Source: Octopus sinensis
Lineage: Eukaryota
DNA length: 64,000 nt
Reading direction: 5' to 3'
Assembly (NCBI RefSeq): GCF_006345805.1
Contig: NC_043004.1
Location: 31,558,001 to 31,622,000 of the forward strand
Positions 12,008 through 24,591 of the stretch are shown here, one piece after another. The position numbers and the translations under genes are program-made. The notes below the pieces were generated by a model that saw nothing but the letters and a program-made list of their open reading frames with translations, searched no databases and was not told the origin of the DNA. How positions within the stretch are numbered: the stretch's first letter is position 1; every line of letters starts with the position of its first letter.

Positions 12008-12127
12008 GTTTTGTGTTTACTCCGGGAATGTTCTTGGGACACTGTAGAGTTACAACGACATTGGCTAGTGTCTGAGGCCAACACAAAGCAGTATCCCACA
12101 GTGTGTTGCACCATGTTCTATTGAAAC
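12008..12127 (-). CDS. Class B1 GPCR, first hormone-binding-domain exon
   Basis: Acceptor tttctggattag|GT, donor AAAC|gtaagt; 120 nt, phase 1 to 1. Encodes xFNRTWCNTLWDTALCWPQTLANVVVTLQCPKNIPGVNTK with the C-x3-WD-x3-CWP...CP signature. Confidence 0.94.
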
Positions 12128-12272
12128 CTAATCCAGAAAGAAAGTAAAACGTAAAAAAAAAACTCAAAGCAAATCAATACAGAGTTGCACAAAGAATAAT
12201 TACTTTCAATGGAAAAGAAAAGAAAAAATGCATTGGACCATATGAGACGAAAAATTTCACTATATATATATA

Positions 12273-12870
12273 TCTATATATATTGTTACTCTTTTACTTG
12301 TTTTAGTCACTTGATAGCAAGTGTCTGTGTGTCTGTGTGTCTGTCAGGTTGTACCCTCACCCTGACCACGGTTTTCAACCGATTCTGATGAAACTTGTCA
12401 AATACGTAGCCCAATGTCATAATTCAAAACTAACGCAGCGAAAATTTTGAAAAGTTCCCCCAGTTCTGAAAAAAAATCGATAAATTCGACAAAAGCGGTT
12501 TATAATAAACCAAGAGTTTGCAAGTAGCGTCCGAGGACCCTTAGGGTACGTCAAAAATTTAAGGTAAAACGTTTGGGGTGGTAGTTATAAAGAAAGTGTA
12601 AACAAAAAAAGTATTCGAATAACTTGCGGCTGCAGCAGCTATTAGCAGAAGTGGCGGTGTTGGGGGTAAAGTCTCGAATGTAATTTCTTCCTTGTAGGAA
12701 TTGGTTGGGTTGAATTATCGATAGCTATTTGATAGTTATTTGGGAGTGAAGAGAAGACATTGCAACCTACACATGCGCCTTCGTTCCCTAGAGGGAAAGG
12801 ACTAGATTGGGATTAGTCGTTGCCTACTAGGGGCTCTTACATACCCGGGCAACGCCGGGCTATGCTGCTA

Positions 12871-12871
<1 letters not shown>
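12273..12871 (+). mobile_element. Non-autonomous Helitron, family 1
   Basis: 3' hairpin CCCGGGCAACGCCGGG followed by CTAG at 12868-12871; the 5' part matches the reverse copy at 41953-42338. Confidence 0.85.
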
Positions 12872-12922
<51 letters not shown>

Positions 12923-13182
12923 TATATATTTATAAGAGAAAGAGAGAGAGGAGAAGAGAGAGGGAGAGAGAGAGAGAGAAATAGATCCAATATTGGTAGA
13001 ATCATCAAAAAAGTATTTCATCTAGTCATCTAGTGAGAGATAAATATAAATTGAATGCACAATCGAAAGAGTTACGACAAGTTTCATGTACTAATGATAC
13101 ATCAACTAGGCATATTAAAAATATGTCAAGTATCATAAAAGCATGAAACTATGGGTAGTTCTTTCGGTTGTCTAATAAATTG

Positions 13183-13250
<68 letters not shown>

Positions 13251-13334
13251 CACGGAGTTCTAAATACTGGTTATTGTGCAATTTGAATTTAAATCTCACT
13301 ATCTAACACACATAAACGCTCCTATTATATATAT

Positions 13335-13678
13335 ATCTTTATCTTTTTCCTTTTTCAGTCTATAACTGCGGCCATGCTAGAGTATCGCCTTGAAGAATTT
13401 TGTGGTGGGATCTTTCTGCCGAACCGCTCAGCTATGGGGACGTAAATACACCAACATCGGTTGCCAAGCGGGGATAGGCGATAAACATAGACTGAATCAC
13501 ACACACGCACACTTACACATACTCACACGCACACGTGCACACTCACACACACACGCACACTCAAACATACACATACGACAGGCTTCTTTCAGTTTCCATC
13601 TGCAAAATCCACTCACAAGGCTTTGATCGACTCAAGGTGCCACGAAACAAATTTCTTACCATACAGCCAATCCTGTGC
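13335..13678 (-). mobile_element. SINE family A, degenerate with internal deletions
   Basis: Reverse complement of tail, mid and head blocks. Confidence 0.75.
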
Positions 13679-13739
13679 CTATATGTGTGTGAGTGTGCAT
13701 GTGTGTGTGTGTGTGTGTGTGAATATATATATGTATGTG

Positions 13740-15008
13740 CATATGTTGAAAATAGGTGTATGTTTGTTTGTGGTGTTGTAAGCGAACTCCTCCTACATCG
13801 TTTCATTGATTTTGATGAAACTTGACACGTGAGTAGAATGTGACATACTTAGATTGTTGAAAAAAATCGATAATGCGACCCCTGGAAGAGACCTGTATAT
13901 AACTAACTACCTCATATAACTTATTTTTTTAAACACCCATGGGAAATAACCCATAGCACCTGTACAATATTTTTTTAAAGACTCAAGGGAAATAACCCAT
14001 TTCATTATTTATGTTTGATTACTTTGAATATTATTTTTTGTGTGTCCTATTTCTAATTTTTGCAGACAATATCACTTTATTTGACACGTGAGTATAACTC
14101 ATGTCTGGAAACCTCGTGACATACTTAGATTCTTGAAAAAATCGATAATAGGGCCCTTCCAGTGGATCCTTCTATCTACTACATATTACTAATATTTTAT
14201 TTAAACAACTCAAGAGAAATAACCCTTAAGACCTGCAGATTTTAGCGAAGCGATCAATATTTGATTCTCACGGTCAGCCGACCTAATTCTGCATTTCACT
14301 ACTCACAGTTTTGAACTGCTAAACATTATTAATGCACTTCCTTAATTTAAATCTTAAACATTAAAGACTTCATTCATACATTTCTATACATACATACTTT
14401 TTTGAATGCTCATTACTCCGATAATTCTGCATTTTTATAGTTACACTTTTTCCATGACAGTAGATAAATTTTTTTTATTCCACAACGTATTTGTAGTGGC
14501 TTCATGCAGGCATAGCGTGGATTCGATCCTCGATTGCCAAATTTCACTTAACACTTCAACAGTGCTTTACTCACAGTAAAACAATAATTTTTCTGTGAAT
14601 GACAGCAGTTATACATTTCCCAGGTGCCTTCGCTAAGCAGAATAATGTCTTTGCCTCTCGCCAACCTCCGACAATATTTCTCGCCAACCTCCGAAAACCT
14701 CTCTCGCCAACCTCCAACAATCTCTCCCTCCTTCAGCTGACAGTTTTTTGTAATTTTTCGTGACGGAAAATACACATTTTGTGGTAGTTATACTCTTTTA
14801 CTCTTTACTCTTTTACTTGTTTCAGTCATTTGACTGCGGCCATGCTGGAGCACCGCCTTTAGTCGAGCAAATCGACCCCAGGACTTATTCTTTGTAAGCC
14901 CAGTACTTATTCTATCAGTCTCTTTTGCCGAACCGCTAAGTGACGGGGACGTAAACACACCAGCATTGGTTGTCAAGCAATGCTAGGGGGACAAACACAG
15001 ACACACAA

Positions 15009-15075
<67 letters not shown>

Positions 15076-15328
15076 TACGACAGGCTTCTTTCAGTTTCCG
15101 TCTACCAAATCCACTCACAAGGCATTGGTCGGCCCGGGGCTATAGCAGAAGACACTTGCCCAAGATGCCACGCAGTGGGACTGAACCCGGAACCCTGTGG
15201 TTGGTTAGCAAGCTACTTACCACACAGCCACTCCTGCGCCTATAACGAAATTGCTTTCTTATATCAGACTAATATGGCATTTCAATAGAACATCGTTACC
15301 CCCGGGAATTACTGGGTACACCAGCTAG
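13740..15328 (+). mobile_element. Non-autonomous Helitron, family 2, interrupted by SINE A
   Basis: 3' hairpin CCCGGGAATTACTGGG plus CTAG at 15325-15328; collinear with the reverse copy at 23157-23785. Confidence 0.85.
14793..15240 (-). mobile_element. SINE family A, full length, TATA target duplication
   Basis: TATA at 14789-14792 and 15241-15244; the empty site GTTATAACG is present in the other Helitron copy. Confidence 0.93.
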
Positions 15329-15334
15329 TATATG

Positions 15335-15423
<89 letters not shown>

Positions 15424-15459
15424 TTGTATTCATGTATATATATATGTATATATACTATA

Positions 15460-15528
<69 letters not shown>

Positions 15529-15541
15529 ATGTATATATATA

Positions 15542-16135
15542 CAGGTATACCTCACCCTACGTCGTTAATTGGTTCCAGGAAACACAACTCAAGTCGAATT
15601 TTAAACCGATTATAGCCGTTCCCAGTTCTGTACTTTGTTTATGAATGCATTTTCAACAATACACGGGGACAAAAAATAATGTCACAAAGGAATGAGAAAG
15701 TAACCGATAAACAGACGTAAAGAAATCTGAATTCAAAACAATCGTAGTTATCAAGAGTGACAACGACGGCTAACTTTAGATATTGGAACTACAGTGCAAT
15801 ATGAGTTCCGAAAGACCGATAGATAAGACAACACAGCTGATTTCATGATTTCGTTCACTAAGCTACACTACTTTATGGTGTGTATCTTAACATTTACTGT
15901 ACGTATTTTAATATGATTTTATATACTTTTATTCTTATTTATTGTTCAGTAACAGGATTTTATGTGCTTTTAATGGTTTTCTAACGATTTTACGTTTCCA
16001 ATATTAGTGGTGGGCAGACTTAAAGTCGAGTAAAATAACTTAGCTTGATTTATATTTTTCCATGTATTATTTTTGAAAACCGACGTATAATCGAGGACGA
16101 CTTAAATCGAAACAACTTAAGTCGAGGTATGCCTG
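15542..16135. mobile_element. Tigger-like MITE
   Basis: Termini CAGGTATACCTC... and ...GAGGTATGCCTG, resembling Tigger-type CAGGCATACCTCG; sits in a TA microsatellite; no ORF. Confidence 0.75.
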
Positions 16136-16311
16136 TGTATATATGCACATATATATATATGTATGTATATATATATGTGTGTTGAGTGTGCATGTAAATA
16201 CATACATGCATATACATACATACATATATATATATATACATACATACATATATATATATGTGTGTGTATTGAGTGTGCATGTAAATACATACATGCCTAT
16301 ACATACATACC

Positions 16312-16372
<61 letters not shown>

Positions 16373-16463
16373 TGTGTGTGTGTGTGTGTGTGTAAATATT
16401 AATTATCGAGTACCTTATTCCTGAATGTGTACTGAGTACCAGACTAGATTCACACTAAGAATA

Positions 16464-17913
16464 CAGGTTCTCAACCTTTTCATTTGTATTTAAATAACAT
16501 CCGTCCGGGTTTCTGAAAGATCTCTGTAATCAACAAGACGGCTTTATAAAATGATAACAAACTTGTTTTCCCAATTTCATCTTTGAAAGATATACGTTGA
16601 ATGATATACGTTTATAATTAAACATGCAATTAAACAAACGGCAGTATTATAAAGATTTTTCATATTTAATATAGTTGATATTGCTGTATCGATAATGTTC
16701 TGATTTTCAGACGCCATGTTAGCCAGTTTAAATTGATATTAGCTTCCATATTCGTCCTGTTTCTGTATGTGGATTTTATATAAAATAACTGTTCACATAA
16801 ATATGCAGTTGAGAATGTCATTAAACGTTTAAGTGTTTTGCATGTCAATTCTGGGTACTAATTGAAAAAAAAAGTATATTTAACCAAAAGTTTACTAAAT
16901 TATTCCGAAGGAAACTTGACTTAAGTGAGGTGACACACAAAATTTCGACAATCTCTTTTTTATTTAGAAGTTAAATATTTTACAGTTTTTGCATTTATGT
17001 TAAATACTCAAATCCAATTGTTACTGGTATTTGAAAGAGAAAATTCTTCTCTAAAACTATCTTTTAAACATTGCAAATGTTACACGAAAAAGGTTTCTTG
17101 CTTTTCCTTCTTTATGCTTCATTTGTAAATGCCAGCGAATTTTGGCTGGCTTCATGCTTTTATTGGACAATGTTTCATAACACTGAACAGACTGTGGATT
17201 CTCTACACTTTCATATCTTCATATAAATCCAAAGAATTTGTACTCATCACAATACATATGTTTTCGCTTTGAAACTTGAGCCAACATTTCTTTTATATAT
17301 AAATCTGGCTTCTTTACTTTTATTCTCAATATTTTTTCCGTATTAATGTGTTCCAGTCTTTAACTAGTCAGCCATAACTACCAGAGATTATATTGTAGGA
17401 TATACGAAGAACATATTTTTCACAGCTGTAGTCAATAGTGTTGTGAAGAGAATAATTCACGGGGATACGTGTATAATACAGAGTTTATCCAAATATGCTA
17501 TGTTCAAATGAAATCCTTTAAATTAATGCCAGTCAAAATATTGTGTCTCATTCATCTGTGGTCTATTACGTTAATATCGCTAGTAGACAAATTTCAGTTG
17601 ACCATGCACATGTCGCAATATCATACACCATATTCACAGTATGCAATATTTATAGCAACTGTTTCAAATCTTGCTCTACCATAAATATCTCCATTGAGTT
17701 TTAATGTTCAGATATCAAACAAACACAGAAGCAATCACTATAAATTCAGAACGCTTCTCTCGTGTGATGAGACCTCGACGAATAAAGCGTATAATGTCCG
17801 GACTTATTTGTTATCAACCTTATTATATATTTTACGCTGTAACTGTCTGATATTTTTAACTCAGCTTGCCGACCCCAGTACTACATTCACGAACTTCTGA
17901 TTGGGATCCACTG
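16464..17913 (-). mobile_element. hAT (Buster/Charlie-type) internal deletion derivative
   Basis: N-terminal remnant (DEYKFFGF...MKPAKIRWHLQMKH), C-terminal dimerisation remnant (TFSTAYLCEQLF.IKSTYRNR), termini CAGGTTCTCAAC / CAGTGGATCCCAATC; no clean 8-bp TSD. Confidence 0.8.
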
Positions 17914-18422
17914 TGCTCGAGAAAGAATATCAACGTCTTTTATTTAGTTGACCACAGCGGAATAAACTTAGCTTTAGTTTAGAAAGAAAGTTTTCTGGTT
18001 CGAATCCAGACTGGAGAAACGTACGTATCTAAAAATAAGACAATTCGTGACGGTCGGAGCACAAACCGACTGAAAGATAATGTATATTTTTCTAGCATAG
18101 ATACAAGGTCACGATGTCATATCTGTATAATCTTGAAAGTGTATAATCTTGAAGCCAATGACTGAAACCAGCGAAAGAAGAAGAAAAAGATAGAGATACC
18201 ACTACTTTTTTTTTTTTCATTTGCATTTTTAAAGTCACATTTTGTGTATTATTCTTCAATTATTTATGAGTATAAAATCTTTAATTAACTCATTCACTTG
18301 TCTTTTAGCTAATTATTCCTTCAATCATTCATAACTAGAACAATCTTCACGTTGTACTCGATCCTATGGCCATGCAATCCAAGGGCTAGTTTTTTTCTTT
18401 CTCAATTCCTGTTTTCTTTTAA

Positions 18423-18635
18423 GGTGGCAAACTGGCAGAAACGTTAGCATGCCGGGCGAACTGCTTAGCGATATTTCGTCTGTCTTTACGTTCTAGGTTC
18501 ACATTCCGCCGAGGTCGACCTTGCCTTTCATCCTTTCGAGGTCGATAAACTAAGTACCAGTTACGTACTGGGGTCGATCTAATCGGCTGGCACCCTCCCA
18601 CCAAATTTCGAGCTTTGTGCCTAGAGTAGAAAAGG
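18423..18635 (+). mobile_element. SINE family B (short-tail variant)
   Basis: GGTGGC..CTGGCAGAAACGTTAG head, B-box, CCTTTCATCCTTTCG.GGTCGATAAA block, TGTGCCTAGAGTAGAAAAGG tail. Confidence 0.88.
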
Positions 18636-18990
18636 AAAGTGATGCTGGAGAGGGAGGTGGTGTCACATAGTAAGTTTATTGAAAGGTGGGTGAATGTGGC
18701 AAGAATAGTCCGTGTGAACGGGCCTGCTCTAAGTGTGCGCCTGTATGACGGATGAAATGAGGAGAGGGGTGCCTACCTGAGGTGCCTTTGGTGTTAGGAG
18801 GGCCAAAGTTTGTGAGGTTCCTTTGGTCACCTCTCGGTGGAACTCACTCCTATTGGGGGAACACATTGTTGGTTTAATCTCCTTGTTAATTGTTCTGTTT
18901 TCTTCGCTGTTTACATGTTTAATCCCACTGTTCCTCGTTTGTGTATCGTCCTTTATGTTTTGTGTTCGGCCCTGGTGGCCACTAAAGAGA
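18633..18990 (+). mobile_element. Tx1/L1-clade LINE 3' end
   Basis: ORF2 terminus RKVMLEREVVSHSKFIERWVNVARIVRVNG, then a T-rich 3' UTR ending GGCCCTGGTGGCCACTAAAGA. Clade assignment is inferred from similarity to the other L1-type pieces here. Confidence 0.6.
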
Positions 18991-18991
18991 G

Positions 18992-19133
18992 TATCATCAA
19001 CATCATCACCACCACCACCACCACGACCACCATCACCACGACCACGACCACCACAACGACCACCACCACGACCATCACCGGCACCACCACCACCTACACC
19101 ACCACCACCACCACCACCACCACCACCGGCACC

Positions 19134-19167
<34 letters not shown>

Positions 19168-19182
19168 TCATCATCACCATCA
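18992..19182. repeat. Compound (CAT)n/(ACC)n microsatellite
   Basis: Direct reading; gives spurious poly-P and poly-T ORFs. Confidence 0.95.
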
Positions 19183-19389
19183 TTAATTTATCTTTTCTCA
19201 ATTTTGTTTCTTCTTTTTCCAAGTATCTTCCCGACGTTTAGAGCAAAGAAATTCACTGTATACATTGATAGGCCATTAAAATAAATACACCAGATTGTTC
19301 ATTTACAAAACCAAATGAAGTTACGAAAAAAAAGTTATCTACATGGGTGGTAGTCGTTCTCACAGCGACAATGCTCTTCTCAATACATG

Positions 19390-20230
19390 TAACATAGCAG
19401 TTACAACAATCATTGCACTTCTTGCATGGAATATAAACCAGGGCTCAGTTTCAATTAATTTTCAGTTCTTTTTTCTATTATTCCTAGCGCTTCTACAATT
19501 ACTGGTATTGTAACTGCCTCGAGATGCCACATCATTTCCGATTTCATTGAGCAAACCTCTATATTTTCTAATCTTGTCCAATTCGTTTGACGAGATATTA
19601 TGATCACAAAGAATAATCACCGATCTATAAACAGACTTTATTATGTAATGGAAAGTTCCAAAGAGTTGTTACATTTTCTCCTTCAGTTACAGCCTCAAGG
19701 TGGTGCTTATATAACTTGTCAACAGTTTTGATTCTATGATACCGACTTATGGACCAATATAGATATTGGCCAACTCTGTCATGTATTCATTTATACTCTA
19801 CTGGTGCTAAAAGTTAACAGCCCAAGATTAAGTGATCCACTGTTTCAATCTCATTGCAGAATCGATACTTCGGATCTACTACATTTTTCATCATATTGGC
19901 TCGGTAGTTCTGGATCAAAATGCTTTGATCTTGAGCAGCTAGGATGAAGCCTTGGCCCTCTGCTTTTAACTCTGAGCTTCGTAACCACTGATGGGTGTGC
20001 TTCTGATCAATATCAGCTTGTTTGCTGCGGGTCACATAGTTTCCATGTAGAGGTTTCTGCTTCCACCTACCAGCCAATTGTTCATGTGCTTAATTTTACC
20101 TTTTTTATAGTAACTATTGCTGCACCTCCCTCTGATTATTCAGTCTGAGTATCATGCATGAAGTCAATAGCAAATATTTTGCTCTCCTTCAAAACGGAAT
20201 GAAACTGCTTACGCCTCTCGTGATTTTCAT
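19390..20230 (-). mobile_element. R4/Dong-like RLE LINE 3' fragment
   Basis: WKQKPLHG...LKAEGQGFILAAQDQ...RFCNEIETVDHLILGC (CCHC region), followed by a degenerate RLE domain. Confidence 0.88.
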
Positions 20231-20239
20231 TATTATTAT

Positions 20240-20808
20240 TAAAGCAGCGGGCTGACCGAATCATTAGCATGGCGGAAAAAATTCTTTGCAGAATTTCTTA
20301 CGACTTTACGGTCTGAGTCCAAATTCTGGGTCGATTTTGCTTTTTATCCTTTCAGGGTCAATGAATTAAATACCAGTCAAGAACTGGAGTCAATATAACC
20401 GACTTGCCCTCTTCCCCAAGATGTCTTCTACCTATAGAAACGTTAGCATGCCGGGCGAAATGCTTAACGGTACTTCATCCGTCTTCGTGTTCTGAGTTCA
20501 AATTCCGCCGAGGTCGACTTTGCCTTTCATCCTTTCGGGGTCGATAAATTAAGTACCAGTTGATCACTAGGGTCAATGTAATCGACCTTGTACCTATAGT
20601 AGAAAGGATTCTTATTATTGTTATTGAAGCGGCGAGCTGGCAGAAATGTTAACACGCCGGGTGAAATGCTTAGCGGTGTTTCGTCTGCCGCTACGTTCTG
20701 AGTTCAAATTCCGTCGAGGTCGACTTTGCCTTTCATACTTTCGGGGTCGATAAATTAAGTACCAGTTGCGTACAGGGGTTGATCTAATCGACTGGCCCCT
20801 CCCCATAA

Positions 20809-20865
<57 letters not shown>

Positions 20866-21000
20866 CAAGACGATGAGCTGTCAGAAGCGTTAGCACGCCG
20901 GGCAAAATGCTTGGCTGCATTTCGTCCGTCTTTACGCTCTGCGTTTAAATTCCGCCAGGTTTGATTTTGCCTTTCATCCTTCCTACGTCGATAACATTTC
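20240..21000 (+). mobile_element. Tandem cluster of four SINE B copies
   Basis: Heads near 20243, 20435, 20627 and 20866, all plus strand; three are preceded by (TTA)n-type tracts. Confidence 0.88.
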
Positions 21001-21443
21001 ATTACTATATAAGCTATTAGATCCGGTATTACTTACTTTTACCAAGAATCCTGAGTCATTTTAAATCAAATTTTCACCAAAAGGAACGCAACAACCAATA
21101 TCAAAATACATTAATATATAAAAGTGGCAATCGATAAGAAAATATGTTGCTCTATTTTCTTTCATTCAGCTCGCAGTACTCCTTTGCCTGGAGTAAATAA
21201 ACAGTAACAAGCAATAAGTAAAGCAATGTATGATTCTATACATTTAGTGAATAGTATCAACATTATCCTATCGGAGCGTAATCTATTGGCATTAAAGTAA
21301 TGGGAAAGCTTCATGGTGTTAGGCAAATCTGCTAATAAATTCTTTTTCTTTTGCGTTATATTATTGATTTTGTGGTAAATGATCTTCTCCGTAGTTGGCT
21401 TTACACGGACGCTATTAAAAGCATAAATGCATTTAATATATAT

Positions 21444-21520
<77 letters not shown>

Positions 21521-22109
21521 CATATATATATACACACACACACACACATACACACAGTCTAAATGGAGGCTTATTGCGGTCTGTATTTTATTCATAGGTA
21601 AAGAAGAAAAATCATCTATTGAAATCTAATTCAACCAACAGTTAGCAGCCATTAAAATAATATAGTAGAAATCTGGTATAAAAACAAATTCATGTTGGAG
21701 TTAGAGTGAATAAATGGTTGTCAAATGTTGGTTGATGTATGAGACATTCTGAACAAAGTTGAATAGATATGTGTCTCTCTTAGATTAAATATTAATTTAT
21801 AACTTCGGCACAGGAGCACACGTTTGAACAGACGAAATATAACCGAGTTGAAGTCGTTATGTAACTGGTATTTATTTCATCAACTCCAGAAGGTTGAAAG
21901 GCAAAGTCAATATGATGAGAATTACATTGGAAATCAATGAACGAACATAATTTGATATGGCAAACATGTAGACAAATAACAAAAATATATAATTTTGTTT
22001 AAAAACACCAGTTTTGGCTGACTGCTATATGGATACATATCTCTCTCAATGCGAATAAATTAAAAGAATTCTTCCTTACAATTTCCTGGACATGTTTGAA
22101 CAATAATAA

Positions 22110-22325
22110 TGGTTTCAAATGTTGGCACAAAGCCAGTAATTTCGTGGGGAGCGGGGAGTCGATTACATTGACCTAATTGTTCACCTGGTACTTATTTTAT
22201 AGACCCCGGAAGGATGAAAAGCAAAGTCAGCCTAGGTGGAGTTTGAACTCAGAACGTAAAGACGGACGAAATGCCGCTAAGCGGTCTTGCCCGGCGTGCT
22301 AACGATTCTGACAGCTCGCTGCCTT
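22110..22325 (-). mobile_element. SINE family B
   Basis: Reverse-complement head and central block. Confidence 0.8.
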
Positions 22326-22401
22326 ATCAACAACAACAACAACAACAACAACAACACCACCACCACCAACAACAACAATAATGATGAGGATGATGATGAT
22401 G

Positions 22402-22720
22402 TTTTCTTTATTAACCACTAAGGGATCACAAAAAACATTGAAGACGGTACAGGACAATACAATGTGGGGTTGCATAAAAGGCGTGTTAGAAGTAGAAAAA
22501 AAGTAACAAAATAATAAAATTATAACAATGGCTAATTTCCCAAAAGAGGGAAACTTCGTAGGGCTGCTCGTCGAAACACCACAAAACTACGGTCGCCCTG
22601 ACCATTAGGGCAAGTGCTCTCTCCACATTGTCCTTCTTCAACCTACAGGTGCGCGCTCAGAGTAGGCTCGTTCACTCAGACCATTCTTACAACATTTCAT
22701 GCAGTTTTTTTCTAATATTG
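22402..22720 (-). mobile_element. Tx1-like LINE 3' end
   Basis: Minus strand reads GTGAACGAGCCTACTCTGAG (as in the 18633 copy) and ends CCCTTAGTGGTTAATAAAGAAAAC before (CAT)n. Confidence 0.55.
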
Positions 22721-23079
22721 TAACAAGCCTGACGTCGAGAATGGATACACGAAATGATAAGTTTTGCACAAGTATTACTAAACGCTAGGCATATCATAAT
22801 AGTAATGAGGAAGGACACAAAATAGGACAGAAAACAAAATGCCGAAAGCCAGCAGGCACAAGCGAGTGATGGATGCCGACATTTCGCCATTCTTGTGACT
22901 TATCAACATCGTGTAGCTGAATCGAACCGGGAGGCGTGGGGGCGAACTGAATCGGGGCGAGTTGTCTTACCCGTCTATCATTTTCAGGTGTCTTTACACC
23001 CTGTGTTTTTAGAAAACCATCCCTACCGCGCTAAACCACAGTGTACCAAAGAACAAGTAAAACATACATTGAGTGTATG

Positions 23080-23144
<65 letters not shown>

Positions 23145-23156
23145 TATATATTTATA

Positions 23157-23779
23157 CTAGCTGGTGTACCCGGTAATTCCGGGGGTGAAGATGTTCTGTT
23201 GAAATGCCTTATTACTGTGATATAAGAAAGAAATTTCGTTATAACTGCCACAAAAAGTGTATTTTCCGTCACGAAAAAGTGCAAACATGTACAAGCCTCT
23301 ACAAATACGTTGTAGAATAAAAAATATATCTACTGTCATGGAAAAAGTGCAACTATAAAAATGCAGAATTATCGGAGTAATGAGCATTCAAAAAAGTATG
23401 TATGTATAGAAATGTATGAATGAAGTCTTTAATGTTTAAGATTCAAATTAAGGAAGTGCAATAATAATGTTTAGCAGTTCAAAACTGTGAGTAGTGAAAT
23501 GCAGAATTAGGTCGGCTGATCATGAGAATCAAACACTGATCGCTTCGCTAAAATCTGCAGGTGGTATGGGTTATTTCCCTTGGGTTGTTTAAATAAAATA
23601 TTAGTAGTATGCAGTAGATAGAAGGATCCATTGGAAGGGCCCTATTATCGATTTGTCACGAGATTTCCAGACATGAGTTCTACTCACGTGTCGAGTTTCA
23701 TCAAAATCAATAAAACGATGTAGGGGGAGTTTGCTAACGACGCCACAAACAAACACACACCGATTTTCCACATATGTAG

Positions 23780-23785
<6 letters not shown>
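23157..23785 (-). mobile_element. Non-autonomous Helitron, family 2 (shorter copy)
   Basis: CTAG at 23157-23160, hairpin CCCGGTAATTCCGGG; collinear with 13740-15328 apart from two indels. Confidence 0.85.
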
Positions 23786-23810
<25 letters not shown>

Positions 23811-24034
23811 CATACAAGCCTAGTACTTATTCTGTCGGTCTATTTTGCCGAACTTATAAGTTACGGGGACGTAAACACACCAACATCGGTTATTAAGTGA
23901 TGGTGGAGGGGCAAACACAAGCATACTCGCGCGCGCGCACACACGCACACATTGGTGCATGTGAGTTTGAAAACAAGAATACAGCTAATGTGAGGTATGC
24001 CATAAAAATACATAGGTAAACACACACACACACA

Positions 24035-24082
<48 letters not shown>

Positions 24083-24528
24083 CTCTATCTCTCTCTCTCT
24101 CCTAGTTGTAACCTGATTGGTAGAGTCGTCTTTCATTATGTTCTATTTTGTGAGAAATTCATGCGCATATAAAGGATACACATCATAGGAGAACAGAATG
24201 GAATAAGCAGAGCAAGAACACACACGAAGTCGGAAAGTGTCGCTGAGGAGGTCACAGATGTATAACGGAAAATTTCCGGACAATGCCCATGAGCTAGAAC
24301 AAGAACAGTAATAAACGAGTGAAGAACGAATATATAGTGCGTGTGTTTATTTGACCAAAAAAAAAAAAATGATCTTCCCGAAATACAGTAATATCTAAAT
24401 ATTAATTTATCTTTTTTATTCACCCGAAGAAAACGTTTTTTTTTTTTTTACATGATGTGACACTTTTGTTCATCAATAAAGAACACGTCTGAAGTAGCTG
24501 TAGTGAACCCCAATCCATCTGTATTATC

Positions 24529-24591
<63 letters not shown>

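Noticed and set aside
24136-24423. Minus ORF with a hydrophobic stretch and Cys (FITVLVLAHGHCPEIF)
   Set aside because: No suitable phase-1 donor before the stop codon, so it cannot supply the GPCR N-terminus.
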